This document shows positions 24,101-37,120 of a stretch of 64,000 nucleotides of DNA, piece by piece. Origin of the DNA: Podospora anserina. Its lineage: Eukaryota. The DNA is taken from NCBI GenBank assembly GCA_017654855.1, contig CM030337.1, positions 4,030,001 through 4,094,000 of the forward strand, written 5' to 3'. The notes under the pieces are model-generated. The model did not search any database. It was given only the letters and a program-made list of their open reading frames with translations, and was not told where the DNA came from. Every line of letters begins with the position of its first letter. The stretch's first letter is position 1. The position numbers and the translations under genes are program-made.

Positions 24101-26755
24101 TTCAAAATCGTGGGGAAACATGAGGATCCATAACACCATTTGGATGGTCCAACCAAGAGCCCCATCGGCTTAAGCATGTCACGGCGTTGGCATGATGTGA
24201 AACGACCTTCTTGAAGATAGTTACGCGGTTAGCTAGCTGCCCACGTGCATCAGGGTCTTGATGAACAGGGAGCCATCCCTCATCACCCAACCACATTTGG
24301 AGCATGTCGCTGCTCCGAGGCATATTATGTGTACTGCCGATGCATGGTGTGTGGGCGTATATTATTCGCGCCTCGCTAACACCAAACAGTTATTAAAGCC
24401 GCTGCGGCGAGAATGTCCCGACCAATGCCCTCACCTCTGGGATCCAACAAGAAGAACACACACAAACCAAGACGCCAAGGATCTTGTGCTTGGCTTGCTT
24501 GGCTCTTTTTTCTTAGCCACGAGATCCGCTTCACCGTTTTCTGCAATTGTTTCGTGCTTTGCTATTCGCTCTTTTGCGGGCGACTTGGCAATACAATTGC
24601 TCCTGGTGGAAACGGACGGGTAGGACGGCATAGTGTCTCCCTTTTCTGACCACAGGCTGGCTTGAGAACAGGTGTTTTGTTCTTATTCATTGTTTTCTTG
24701 ATCCGATGAGCTTACATACCTACATGAGGGCTGTGTGATTTGTCTGTTGGTGCTTACATGGGTGGGAGAAGGTGATAAGGTATTTCCGTTTATTGCGGTT
24801 CACATGCTCCACAGAAAAAAGCGAACAAAGAACCAAGTTGGAAATGTATGAAAAACGAAAACGGGGCTGGAGATGGAATCATTTGAGTGCAAGATGGGGG
24901 TCAAACGGTCAAGAAGCTGAAACCCATCTCGATTGATCGAGTGCTGTCAATATTGAGTGTGAGAGATCACAAGCCCGCCGTGCTCAGCCGTGGTAGACAT
25001 GTGAAGCAGGTAAAATAATGTAAGCAATATTGCACAGTCAGCGTGGCAGTGGCTTGCTGGTCTCGTGGGGTATGAGGGGCTCGAGGGGGCGAAATACCAC
25101 CTTTTGATATTGGGAAGTTTTGGTGTCAAATTTCATGATATTGATAGGAAGTGTTGGAAGTGTTTGAATAGGTAGGTGAGTCGGGTTGGGGTTTCATTGA
25201 CGGGTGATTGTCCCTGGGGTTCGGACTTGGCTGCATGGATGTGTTGGCGGATCTCGGAGCAGGTCATCTTGAAGATCGATGGCGGCGTGGTGGGGATGAG
25301 GTTGGTAGAAGAGGCGGAAGTGGGTGATCAAAGCTTGTTTGGGTGGACTATGAAGGATATAGACTAGCATTGATGCCAACTCAAGGTAGAATAAACCTTA
25401 CACTTGACCATCTAGGATGCATATATCGAGCATCACCAAGTCGCAACATCGAAACGCCTGCCTGAGACGGCATGACTAAAAGATGCTCCTTTTCGAAGAG
25501 GATGGTGAGCCAAATCAAGCATTGTACCCACAACACCTTTCTCGAGATGTCGACAATATTTTCAAACCCCTTCTAAGTAGGAGCAGCGAACTCTTCATTT
25601 TGACGGCCATCTAAACTTTGGTAATAAATGACAATCTCGATTGTCTCTCGTGATTCCTCGCTAGGTGCTTATAGCCCCTCCTTTGTTGCATGTGCCCTCA
25701 TAACATGGTTTCACGTTGCTCGTCATCTGAGACAGAGCTTGGCTGACGAGGAAGAGGCCGTGGCTATAAGATCAATATTGACTAATGGAGAAGGAACAGG
25801 TCCGTTGAGTGGGGACGGAGTCACATATACACAGGTACTCAGGAAGCCACCGTGTCGGTATCCCCAAACTTAGCACTCCTCTCTCGTATCCATCAACCTA
25901 CACTGGGCCCATGGTCCCATACATGAAGCAATTTAAATGTACTATTCATTGATGGAGGATAGGTCCACCTACCCAAAAATGCTCCCATGCCAGATTGACC
26001 ACTAATCCATGATGAGCAACCTCATTGTACGAAGATTCGAAATGAAGAAACAAAGTTTCTCGCGAATCCATTGCGTAAAAGCGACATTATAAAAAAACAG
26101 AATGGACCAATGCTCAAAGACAACGGGTGAGTCTTGTTTGCCAACACACGACACCAACTGATGGGCCAGGGGAGCGCATGAATGGAAGGTCTGGGGATCA
26201 GAGTTGATCTCAACCAGGCGGGCATTGGACTATTGATTCTTCTCAAATTGCTAACTACCTGGCTGTGCCGGACATGGCTCACTTCCTCACAATCCTCTAC
26301 AACAGCACTAAGGATAATCCCCAGCCTGGGCATTTATCCGAAACCATGGACCACAACAACGTGGCGCCTTCTACCGAAGGCTTGTTCCCCTCCCAAGAAA
26401 GGCTTAATTCAAGTGGAATGGAGATTGGTTTTACCCCCTCCAGGCTGATTACGCCGCATTACCCCACGATAATATATGGGCATGGGAGGCGACGCCTGAC
26501 CGGCCGGGGGATTGGTGCATCTCGTGGCCTCTCACATCTGCCGATGGCGCGATGGGCCGGCTCATGGCTTGTTATTGATGAGGCGTGGCATAGAGTTGAC
26601 TCCGAGGGCGACGTAATATGGGACCGGCTGCTTCCGAGGCTGGGGTGCAGTGATGAGGCACCTGGGTATAAAGGAGGGAAGATGACTGTGCTGGCTGATC
26701 CTGGATTCCGGACTTTTGGGGCTGTCGCATCGGGAAAAGCATTTGTCTAGTCGCC

Positions 26756-27463
26756 ATGTTCTCGACTTCGTTCCTCGTTCTTGCGTTGGCCGCAACAGGC
26801 CTAGGACAGGTCGTGGTACCAGAAGGGTATCGCAAGGTGTACATCACCTCGGCGGTCGACGCCAAGTTCGTTATTGTACCAAAGGCACCGTTGCCGGTGA
26901 AGGCTGGTACTGGTGTTGTCGTGTCAGTGTTTCCAACCCCCGTCTTAGAAAACACCGGAAGTTAACCAAATCTCCCTGCCATAGTCAGATCAGGAATGAC
27001 AAGCCTGAACAACAGTGGTATCTCAAGGATGGTACCGGTGTTAGGATCCAATTGGCCGAAACCAACCTCTGCCTGGATGCCGGTGCAAAGAGTGCGTGTC
27101 GAGAGAGTCTGTCCACAAGAGAGAGAGCAAAGCTGATATCGAGAAACAGGTAACTGGAGAGATATGGGTACGCTCACCCTGAAGGAGTGCTCCGCTACCG
27201 AGCCGGCGCAGAAGTGGAACGTCATGGCAGATGGCCGCATCGCGTTGGAGGACTCACCCCAGCCCCGTAGGCAACCCTTCTCCTTGACCAGAAAAAAATC
27301 CAAGACAGAGGCTAATGACCAAACAGAACAATGCGTCGATCTGGTGTACATGCGCGCTACTCCCAACAACGCTGTCGGCTTGTATACCTGCGCGGGGCTC
27401 GGTAACACTGGCGCAAAGGATAAGGGCATCAACTGGCCGCTGGTCAACGCGACGGCTCCATGA
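26756..27463 (+). CDS. Secreted ricin-B (beta-trefoil, CBM13-like) lectin-domain protein, 3 introns
   Basis: Signal peptide MFSTSFLVLALAATGLG; EQQWY, LCLDAG, AQKWN, QCVDL motifs; introns 26923-26984, ~27092-27149, ~27266-27326. Confidence 0.85.
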
Positions 27464-28326
27464 AGAGTGTCGACAGTTCTCTCTTTGTCGGGTAGGTTGA
27501 GGTGACATACCTGTGCGAGTAAAGGCAGGTGGCTGAAAATGTAAAGCATAACCGGTAAAATTTCTTTCGAATACAGAGCATCAAAGATGCGTAGAAACTG
27601 GCCGCGAAACGTAAAATTCAGCTGGGGATTTCGGTGAGCAACCCCTTGATGTCCGCGTGACCTGGGCTTCTGCTGTTCGAACCTGAATTTTTAGGCTTTC
27701 CCCTCTGTGCTTCCATTGGCTTCTTCTTGCTGTTGCTGTTGTCATGAGATAGTACCTTGTTGACTGTTCCCGTACCATATCGGAGGTTGTTGTGCGATTC
27801 CAAGGCAGGCAGGTAGGATATCAATTCATGTGTCTGTGTAGGCATTTCTCCCAGACTGAAGAAGAGCAAGTCTTGAAGAAATGCGTGATCCAAAGGACGA
27901 CTGTGCCGCAGCGAGGGCTATGCAGTAGCCCCAGGGGAAAGAGATAAGATACCTTGAGCTACAGCCAAGACCCCAGAGCCCGGCAGAGCTGAGCCATCAA
28001 CACCAATCAGAAGAACGAATTCTCCCATTGATCGTGATAAGATAGGGGTGAAAGGTACCTGTGTGTATCGGAGAGCTCGCCGGTCCAGGAGGTGGTGCAA
28101 CAACAAGACAAGCCCAGTGACGCAGTTGCTCGTTCCCTCGTCGACTTTCGCTTCGCCGTACTCTTCAACCAAACCAAACTATCAAATCCCCATTTCCATC
28201 CTCGCTCCCAGCATATTCTATTCTAGTTATCTTTTTTACACAACATTTTCTTTTCCCACTTACAGTCTTCTTGAACGCTCTTTGTACGGCCTTCAATTTG
28301 CTTGATCGCCCAAACCACCCCGTAAT

Positions 28327-28354
28327 TCGAGAGCGCTCGTAGTAGCGCTCTCGA
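28327..28354. other. Perfect 11-bp inverted repeat (hairpin) just upstream of the metalloprotease ATG
   Basis: TCGAGAGCGCT-cgtagt-AGCGCTCTCGA. Confidence 0.75.
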
Positions 28355-28371
28355 GCCCCAGGTTTCGTCTG

Positions 28372-29759
28372 ATGGCCGCTTCTGGTAAGTTTAACGGGCG
28401 CGCGCAGACGCTTGTGGACCACCGCATCATTCCAACTCTAGGGTAACCAGCTTGCTAACTTTATTGCCTGCGTTAGACTTGTCGGTCTCGGACCGCTCGA
28501 CAGGCAGAGCGTCATCGTCGGACGAAAGCGAAACGTCCACCATCCGTACACGCACCCTCGCCGAGCCCTCAACTGCCCTCACCGTCCCCACCGTCGATCC
28601 CGTTGGAACACAGGTAATCGAAACCGAGAAGAAACACCGTAAATATAGTCGCCGCAAGTTGAAGGGTCTGGATACCGTCGCCGACAAGAAGACTCGGATT
28701 GAACAAGAGGTGGGACATGCAGCCGGTGGAGCGGGGCCCTGCCCACCTGGGGACTACTCTGCCAGCTTGGAGCTTGATGATAAGGACGAATCTGCTGTGC
28801 GCCACCTAGCTATCGAGAACAGCCCCCTGGCCGGCCGTACCGAGGCTATATTGTTGGCATCCACCACTGTCATCTTTTTTGCTATTCTCTTCAACGAAAA
28901 GGCATGCAGCAAGGTGTTGCTGATCCCGTCCATCGCTTTTTTGGTGATGCTTGGCAGGGTTTTGTCCACCCATGCAGCCAATAATCTCTCCGCCTTGCCA
29001 GATGCACCCCTCCATTGCGTGACCCAAGGGCACGGCAGCGACGGCGCGTTCCGAGCCCAGATTGGCCTGCCAGGACACCAAGTACCACGCTGGGCTGCCG
29101 GGACAAAGCTCCGCTATGTCATTTGTGCCGAGACGTTTCCCCATCCCGAGGACGCAGCCCTTGCAGCGAGCAACCTCGCCCAGGCCATCGACCAGTTTGC
29201 AGATGTTCCCGTCACCTTTGAGGAGGTGACCCGCAACACCAAGGCCCACTTCCGCGTGGTCTACAAGGATCCCGTCTGCGCAGACGAAGCCAACGTCCTT
29301 GCAAGCGCCTTCTTCCCCAACAGGGGACCCCGCAACACACGCACTCTTCACATCTACGCCCTGGCTTTCCGCAAAAGGCACATCGGAAGCCAGGTGCAGG
29401 TTCTCGCCCACGAGGTTGGCCATATCTTGGGTCTGAGGCACGAGTTTGCCCCGGAGTCAGCAGAATGCCGCTCGTTTACCTACGGCCGCCGCAACCCCGA
29501 TAGCATTATGAGTTACCCCGCCGATTGGAGCACAGCCAAGGTGACGCAGCAGGACATTGATGAGCTGAGGGGTTTATACTTGGACACACGCCTATTTCTC
29601 CAGGACGACGCCGGTGATGACTGGCACTTCCAAACCATCACCCCGCGCCCGTTTTTGTACCCTTACGAGAACACGCGCAGAAACTGGGGCTTTATGGCAG
29701 CCTTCTGGTCGTTTAGGCGGTTCCAGAGGCACCAACAGGGAAATGCCACCGCACGTTAG
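28372..29759 (+). CDS. Metzincin (matrixin/M10-M57-like) zinc metalloprotease with two N-terminal hydrophobic segments; exons 28372-28384 and 28477-29759
   Basis: ATG GCC GCT TCT G|gtaagt...gctaac...ttag|AC in frame; HEVGHILGLRH zinc motif, LASAFFP, Met-turn SIMSY. Confidence 0.8.
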
Positions 29760-30420
29760 AAACAGGTACGTTCCGCGAAGCCTATAAAGATCATCCCAGA
29801 GAGCATGGCTGGTGCTAACAATCATTGTTTACCTAGGTGGTGGTGATACTTCCAATGTCTTAACTAGTTGATCTTGAAGGTTTACGACTGGCTATGTGTA
29901 TAAACACTAGTATATATGCATTTACATCTATTCCTGCAATGTTGGAAAAACGGGGGCTTGAGGGGATTGCATTAGGTTGGTGGGACGGATGGGGCTTGTG
30001 GTGAGAAATGGAGTGATGAGTAATGGAAGCGTGGAGTTTGAGTATCGTGGGGTTCATGCAAGCAAGCGTGCATACAGCAGGTTGGTTACTGGGCATTGGG
30101 TTGGGTTTTTCGCTTCGTGTACTCGGCATCTGCTGGATTTTGTTCTCTTCATCTGGGTATATAACACTCGTTTACTGCACGACCACAATTTATGGAGGTA
30201 GCTTGGGTACTTTACAATTTACATTGTCGGTTAGAAGGGGAGAGACTATTGGTAGAGCCTGGTTTAGCACATGTGTTAAGGGTAGGTCAGCAGCTTCTAA
30301 TGGGTGAAAAAAAAATGATGAGACTACCTGATAGCAGACAAAATAAAACGATAATGTACAGCTTCCTTGTTATTAGATCCCCTCCTGCCCCTATTTACCC
30401 CCGCTGCTCCTGTTCACATC

Positions 30421-32169
30421 TTACCCCTGAAACGACCTCCTCTTCCCCTTTCCCTTTCCTTTCCCTTTACCCTTACCCTTGCCCTCTCTCGGCTCGACAA
30501 TAGGGTTGTAAAACCTAAACTTGTTCTGCGGATCATACTTTTGCTTCAGCGCCCTCAACCTCGCCAATCTCCACGGCTCTCGCCCGTACACCGTCTCCAA
30601 GTCCTCGTACCCATTGGCATAGTTGACATAGTTGTTTTCCGTCCGCGTCGGCTGCCCCGCATTCCACATATCCTTCACCTCATTCGCCCACTCCCACGCC
30701 AGTTCCTCGAGAACAGGATCGTTTGGCGGGACGACACCGTTGAAGAGCATCAGATGGTGGTCAGACCGGAAGGGGTACGCGGTATCAGCCGGGTTCCTGG
30801 CGCCAACACCGGCGGTAGAGTACCCCTCGTGAAGGATGCCCGCGCCGGCGGCTAGGGTAGGATGGGAAATGGCGCGGGCGCGGAAGCCGTTGTAGATGAG
30901 CCGCTCGGCGGTGAGGTTGTAGACTTGGAGGCCGGCGGTGGTGGTGATGCGCTTGTTGCCTTTTTGGCAGATGAAGTCGTCTTCGGCGTTGCCTTGGACT
31001 TTGGAGACGCCGCTGTAGGGCACGTCGCCTTGCTCGTTGTAGACTGATGGGATGGCGTTGAATTCGGCCAGGAGGGCCTCTGCTTCGTTGGCCGGGCCGC
31101 GGTAGGCGAATGTCCAGGAGAGGATCGGGTCGGTGGTGGAGACGGTGGTGTTCATGAAGAAGAAGCCGAAATTGAGGGCCATGTTTACCGGTGTTGAGCC
31201 GTTGTTGTGGAGGCGGTTGAGGGAGGTGAAGACTCTTTCGAGCTGGGCGCCGGTCCAGATGTAGTTGTGGTAGTGCCAGGTGTCGGGGCCGCGGGGGAAG
31301 ATGTTGAGTTCGAAGGAGGTGACGATGCCAAAGTTGTGGCCGGCGCCTTTCATGCCCCAGAGGAGGTCTGAGTTGCTTGTCGGGCTGACGCGGATGGCTC
31401 TGCCGTCGCCGAGGACGACGTTGAGCTGGAGGACGTTGTCTACCACCATGCCGTAGAGGCCTGAGGTTATTTGTCAGCTCAAAGTCTCATGTAGAGGAGC
31501 GAAATCTGACGAGCTCACCTTCATGTCTTCCATGACCGCCCCCCAACGCAGCCCCAAGGAGACCGACGCAGTCACAGGAACCGGTGGTTGTGACAAAACC
31601 CCGTTCCCAGAGGTATTTGGTGACCAAGCCGCCGTAGACACCACCTTGGAACCAAGCAGACTTTTTATTCGGCTGGATGGTAATGGTTCTCAGCAATGCC
31701 ATGCTAATTTGAACGCCAGCGAAGGTTCCCAAACTGGCACTATTCCCGTGGCCGCCATTAGTGGCCAGAAAATCGATGCCGTTGGCATTGCAGTATTGCA
31801 CCTGGTCTCCCTGTTAGCAACCATTACCTAACAAAGAAACCTCCTTGATAGCTTGAAACTCACAATCTTGGCCACATCTGCTTCGCTTGCAGGTTGAACA
31901 ACAACCTGGATCTGTGGGGGGGCAAATGTGTTCCATCTTGCTGTGGTAGCAGGGAACTTTCCATCGCTAGGTCCGAAGATGAGCGTGCCGGGTGAAAGAC
32001 GGCTTCCGAGCTCCCTTCTCACAGTATTGGCGTCCAAGTCGGCCCGAGTTCGAGCCTCAAGTTCGGAATACCTGGGGACTGAAAGGGCAGCTGCCAAGTT
32101 GAGGTGGACAAACACCAGCAACAGGGCGGTGGCAAGCCTGCCCCAAGCAAGTGAGACAAGACCTCTCAT
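30421..32169 (-). CDS. Secreted FAD-linked oxidase (VAO/berberine-bridge-like), 2 introns
   Basis: Signal peptide; NGGHG covalent-FAD His motif; TTGSCDCVG..GAALGGGHG; DLLWGMKGAGHNFGIVT; YVNY...LRALKQKYDPQNKF. Confidence 0.9.
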
Positions 32170-33390
32170 ATCGAAAGGATCTACCGAGTGTGGAGGTAAA
32201 TACGACTTAAAACACGGCCTTGGCGCGCGTGGGGAAAACGTGGGAGGACACAAGCAACGAGAATCCGATCTGCAGTGCACCGTTCGTGCATGAGACGGAG
32301 GAGGTAATCAAGGCTAGATGGTCAACTACTTCATCCTCCAAACCTACGGGTTCCGATGCTGGTATTTGAAGGATGAAATGGTCTCACTGTCCACCACCCC
32401 CAGCTCTACACAAACCGAACTCAACTGAGCTCAGAGTGGAAAGGCGTGAAGCCGAGCACACCATTTCCCTCTTCCCCTGTCCTCGTTGGACGCCACAAGC
32501 GTTGGCAGCATGTAAGAAAAAGGCTCACATCTATCCGTCAGGACCAGGCTAGTGAATGCCTCACGCCTTCGCCGGGCAAGCGATGTGGTTCAATATTGAA
32601 AGTTCCAACCTATCAAGTTTGGTGGCTCTAAGCGAGAGACGCCTCCTGTTGGACGAAAACAGGACAGTCTGTGATTCCTTCTGGTCAGATCGACATGATA
32701 CCAGCAGGCTGGTAGCTGGATATGGTTAGGCGATGCAGGAACAAGCCTCATTGCTACATCTGAGCTCAGCTCCTCTGTCAGGCGAAAGGTGGGTAAGATG
32801 ATACGTTCTCCTGCTCGGTAACCTATCAGATGAACTGGAGTTCTATGGGACATCCGGTGACTGAGCCGGGGAGCCGGCCAACGCGGATCCTGATTCCCTC
32901 CGGGACGCTTCTGGGACCATGGATCCTCCGTCCTATCCACCTTCCAAACATAGCACCCTTCGAGAGCATTCGACAGAAAAGCTTTCCATGGAACTTGGCC
33001 AATCGTCTGGCTCTGATAGCGAATGTCACGGAGCTTCTGTTCCGTATTACTGCAGGCCAACAAGGGCATTCAAAGTTACCTGGGCAGGGATTGTGCACGC
33101 TCAGCCCGGGTGACCACAAGCCGAGGAACTGAGTCCGAAGGCAGACGTTGACACGGTCTACCTTCATGCTGCCGCTGCCACACGCGTCAATGTCGTGAGC
33201 CAATCCCATCAAGTCAAGTCTGAGTCCAATCACTTATCTTTCCTGCTGTTTTTCTGAGCGGAATCTGTCTGCAATCAGGGGTACAAGGTACATCAAAGAA
33301 AGTGATCGTCCAAACATGCTCGATACGAAGAGCATCGGCGATAACAACAAGCGTGTCCATTGGATGTCGCTTTGTGGCTGCAGGATTGCT

Positions 33391-33433
33391 TCGGCCGATG
33401 CAAGTGCAAGGGGCCTGGTAACCTTCGGCCGAA
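33391..33433. promoter_or_regulatory. Two TCGGCCGA palindromes (33391, 33425) upstream of the first P450; putative Zn2Cys6 sites
   Basis: Same motif found upstream of other cluster genes. Confidence 0.6.
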
Positions 33434-33776
33434 AGATGGCTTTGGCTTGGCTTCGGCTTGACTTTCGGGTAGGGCTGAGAACAGGGGGTGGGGGGGCAAT
33501 CAAAGCCGTTGTGCCTGTGTTCTCTCGGCCCGAACTGCCACGGGCCGAAGCGCAGATCCGATCGTGGTCACACCTTGGCGGTTGACGACAGCGTTGCGAG
33601 TTGCGCCGTCTTACTAGACGATGTGCCCAAAGTCTTGGAAGAGGGGTGGAAGAGGGGTCTTCAGGAAAGACACGATGTGCGCGCCCGGATCTGCTTGCTA
33701 CTGACGGGTACCCGGGACAGCACCACTCCTCCAACTTCACGACAAGCCAGACATCACCAACTTCACCGTCGACACA

Positions 33777-35570
33777 ATGGATCGTCTCACCTCCCCCTTC
33801 GAAGATGACTCCCCACACCGCTACCTCATCGCTTTGGCGACCGTCCCAGTTCTGCTATTCGCCCTCTACCAGTACCTCCTCCCCAAACCCATCCCCGGCA
33901 TAGCCTACAATCCCTCCGCTGCCAAATCCCTCCTCGGCGACGTCCCCGAGATGATAGCAGAAGTAAGCCAAACGGGCGAGTTCCGCGTCTGGTGCGCCAA
34001 GCAAGTCCGCAAGATGAACTCCCCCATCTGCCAAATCTTCATCAAACCCTTCTCCCAACCCTGGGTGTTGCTCTCCGACTTTCGCGAGTCGCGCGATATC
34101 CTCACGCGGCGTCACAAGGAGTTTGACAAGTCGAGCTTTTTATCGGATGGCATGGCCTGCATGGGCGCGTTCCACGGTATTTACATGACCGATCACAAGT
34201 TCAGGGCGAACAGGCAGCTGATTCAGGATTTGATGACGAGCACGTTTCTGAATGGGCACGTCGGGCCGGCGATTTACAACAAGGGGTCGGAGCTGATGAG
34301 GTTGTTTGAAATGAAGGTGAGACTGGCGAGGGGGAGGCCGTTCAGTGTGAAGAAGGACTTTGAGTACGCCTCGCTGGATTGCATGTTGGAGTTTGCGTTT
34401 GGGAGGAACTGGGTTGATACGGCTGTTGGGGAGCAGGTCAAGGTAGTGGGAGGGTTGACGGAGGAGGCCCTGGTTATTCCGGTGTCGGTTGATGAGCCGG
34501 TCGACTTTCCGCTCGGTGAGATTGTGGACTTTTTGAAGTCGGTGTATGAGGCGCCAGAGGTTGTGGAGAAGACGATCAATGCGATCATGCCGAAGCTACA
34601 GACATGGTGGTGGTCGCAGCAGGGGTGGTACAAAAAGATCTTTGATGACAAGGAAAAGGCGATGAAGGCCCAAGTTGCCATCGGAATCAAAAACTTTCAA
34701 CAGGGCAAGATCGAAACGGGTGTGGAGCATATGCTGATGAGAGAAGCTGCTCGGGCAGAAAAGGAGGGAAGAGAACCTGATTTTGAGAGCCAGGTTTTCA
34801 GAGATGAGGTTTGCTACTCCCTTGTTGTCCTTCTTTGATTTGAGCTAATAGTAGGAAAGCTATTTGGAGATATAGTGGGAGGTCACCACACCACGTCTGG
34901 TGCCATGATGTGGCTTACCAAGTATCTCACCGATGACCCCACGATTCAGTCCAAGCTGAGATCTGTTTTGCACTCAACACTATCTGCGGCCCACCAAGAA
35001 GGCAGGCTGTTTACCTTTGAAGAGATCCGCCACGCCAAACTGCCCTACTTGGACGCCATCATTGAAGAAATGCTTCGCATCAATGCCGTGCCAGTTACCC
35101 GTGAAGCCGTGGTTGACACCACTGTTTTGGGGTGTCCGATCAAGAAGGGAACGCAGGTCTTCTTTATGTCGAACGGCCCAGGCTTTTTGTCGCCTTCTTT
35201 CCCGGTGGATGAAGCAAAGCGAAGTGATACATCCAGGTTATCTAAACGGGCCAACGACTCTTGGGATGAGAGGCAGGACCTGGCAAGATTCGATCCCGAG
35301 CGTTGGCTGGTGAGGAAGACAGATGGAACAGGTGTCACGGCTGATGATGTCGACTTTGATGGCGCAGCTGGGCCTCAGCTGGTGTTTGGTCTTGGGCCTA
35401 GAACATGCTGGGGCAGGAGGTTGGCGCACATGGAGATGAAGGTGATCATTGCCATGTTGGTGTGGACGTTTCAATTGGAGAGAACACCACCAGAGCTCTC
35501 TGGATATGGTGGCTTGGAGGGTATTGCTCGTGTTCCCAAGAAATGTTATGTTAGGTTAGTGAAGCTGTAG
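33777..35570 (+). CDS. Cytochrome P450, intron 34809-34859
   Basis: N-terminal TM plus LPKPIPGI; EMLR (ExxR), FDPERW, FGLGPRTCWG heme motif. Confidence 0.92.
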
Positions 35571-35690
35571 TAGCAGTTGGGTACAAAGAAATATGGGGAA
35601 CCATTTCAGTGGCTCGCATAGCTTATAGTGACTTTTACATCCATTGTCCTGCTTTTTTATCGGACACGTGTGTTACCAATCCATGTTCAG

Positions 35691-36575
35691 TTAATCAGTC
35701 ATACCACTCCCCCTGAGCAAGCTCTCATACCCCTGCTTCCACACCTTTTGCCCCTGCCCGCCAAAGCCGACCCCAATCTCATCATTGATTGACCCATCCT
35801 GCTTGGTGTTCTCCAACAGGTCAAAGAACTTGTCGATGTATTCGTCAAGCGGCATAGGCTGCACCGCCTTCTCAGGCCCGCCCTGCAGCGCATCGGTTTG
35901 CTCTCTGTGATGAGCATTCAGGGGTGTGTCGACATAGGGCGGTGCCACTTCCACAACGCTCATTCCTTTGACACCAGTCGCCTCAAGCTGCCAGCGTAAG
36001 ATCTTGCAAAAGGACGCCACGCCGGCTTTGGAAGGGCAGTAGGTTGGGTAAAATGGAACAGGGAAATACGCCAGCGAGGAGCTCGTAAGGAAGATGTTGG
36101 TTTTGATGCCTTGTTTTGCAAGAGACAAAAGATGGGCGGCAAAGGCCTGAGCGACAAGAATGGGTGCAACCAAGTTGGTTGTTAACTCTTGAATGGCTTC
36201 CTGGGCGAGATTGGGGGGTGGGTTTTGGAAGATGTCGTAGTGGTTTTGGATGCCGGCGTTGACGAAGACAGTGTCAAGCTTGGGAAAGTGGCGGAGGATA
36301 CCGTCAACTTGGGGCTGCAGTGAGTCGAGCTGGGTGAGATCCCACTGCGAACGAGGGGTTAGCGACAAGTATCATGGCAGTGTTGGTGGGGCAATACGTG
36401 CAATGCGGTACTCCAGGCCTTCAAGCTCGTTGACAATCTGCTCTAATCTCTTTCTGTCTTGCTCCCTTCCAGTTACGATGACCTGTTTACCCAGGCTATG
36501 GAATCGACGAGCTGTAGCCTCGCCGATCCCGCCAGCTGCTCCGAGGATGAGAATGGTGTTGATACGGGACGACAT
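35691..36575 (-). CDS. Short-chain dehydrogenase/reductase (DltE-like), GC-AG intron 36401-36345
   Basis: LGAAGGIG, VNAGIQ, SSSL, YCPSK (YxxxK). Confidence 0.88.
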
Positions 36576-36808
36576 TTCGTGGTGTAAGTGGGGTCACATC
36601 AACGGTCTGCGGAGTGCTGCGGGGAGGATTGGTGCCATATGTTTACATCAAGATAAGGTAGATACAAGATAAATCACCTCCAGCTCACCCCACAGCGGCC
36701 AGGTGCTGCCCGTGCTGATACTTGGAGTAGGACCTTCTACTCCACGCCCACTGGCTGGTACTACGCTGCAGATCGATCGGCTTTATTGGCCAAAGACAAG
36801 AAGTAATG

Positions 36809-36816
36809 TCGGCCGA
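36809..36816. promoter_or_regulatory. TCGGCCGA palindrome ~234 bp upstream of the SDR
   Basis: gtcggccgaag read directly. Confidence 0.55.
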
Positions 36817-37120
36817 AGACGAGTGGGGCTGTCATGAAGGGATCTGACCAATCGGAGCCCTACGTGGCACTTGTACCAATTCTTTCCTAAAGCAACGTCG
36901 CTTGAGGACATGGAGCAACCGAAACATGGCGGGTGCTCTATGACGTCTTTTCATTGGACACGTGAAAAAAGACTTGTCACAGAGAACCGGGCATTGGGCA
37001 CAGTGAGAGCCGTTGGGTGTCAATACATCCAATCATTGATTCAAGAAGTCGTAACACAAATAAATACCAGACACAAGGCTACCCCAGCCTGCCTCCTCCT
37101 CCTCCAGCCCAAACACTGTC

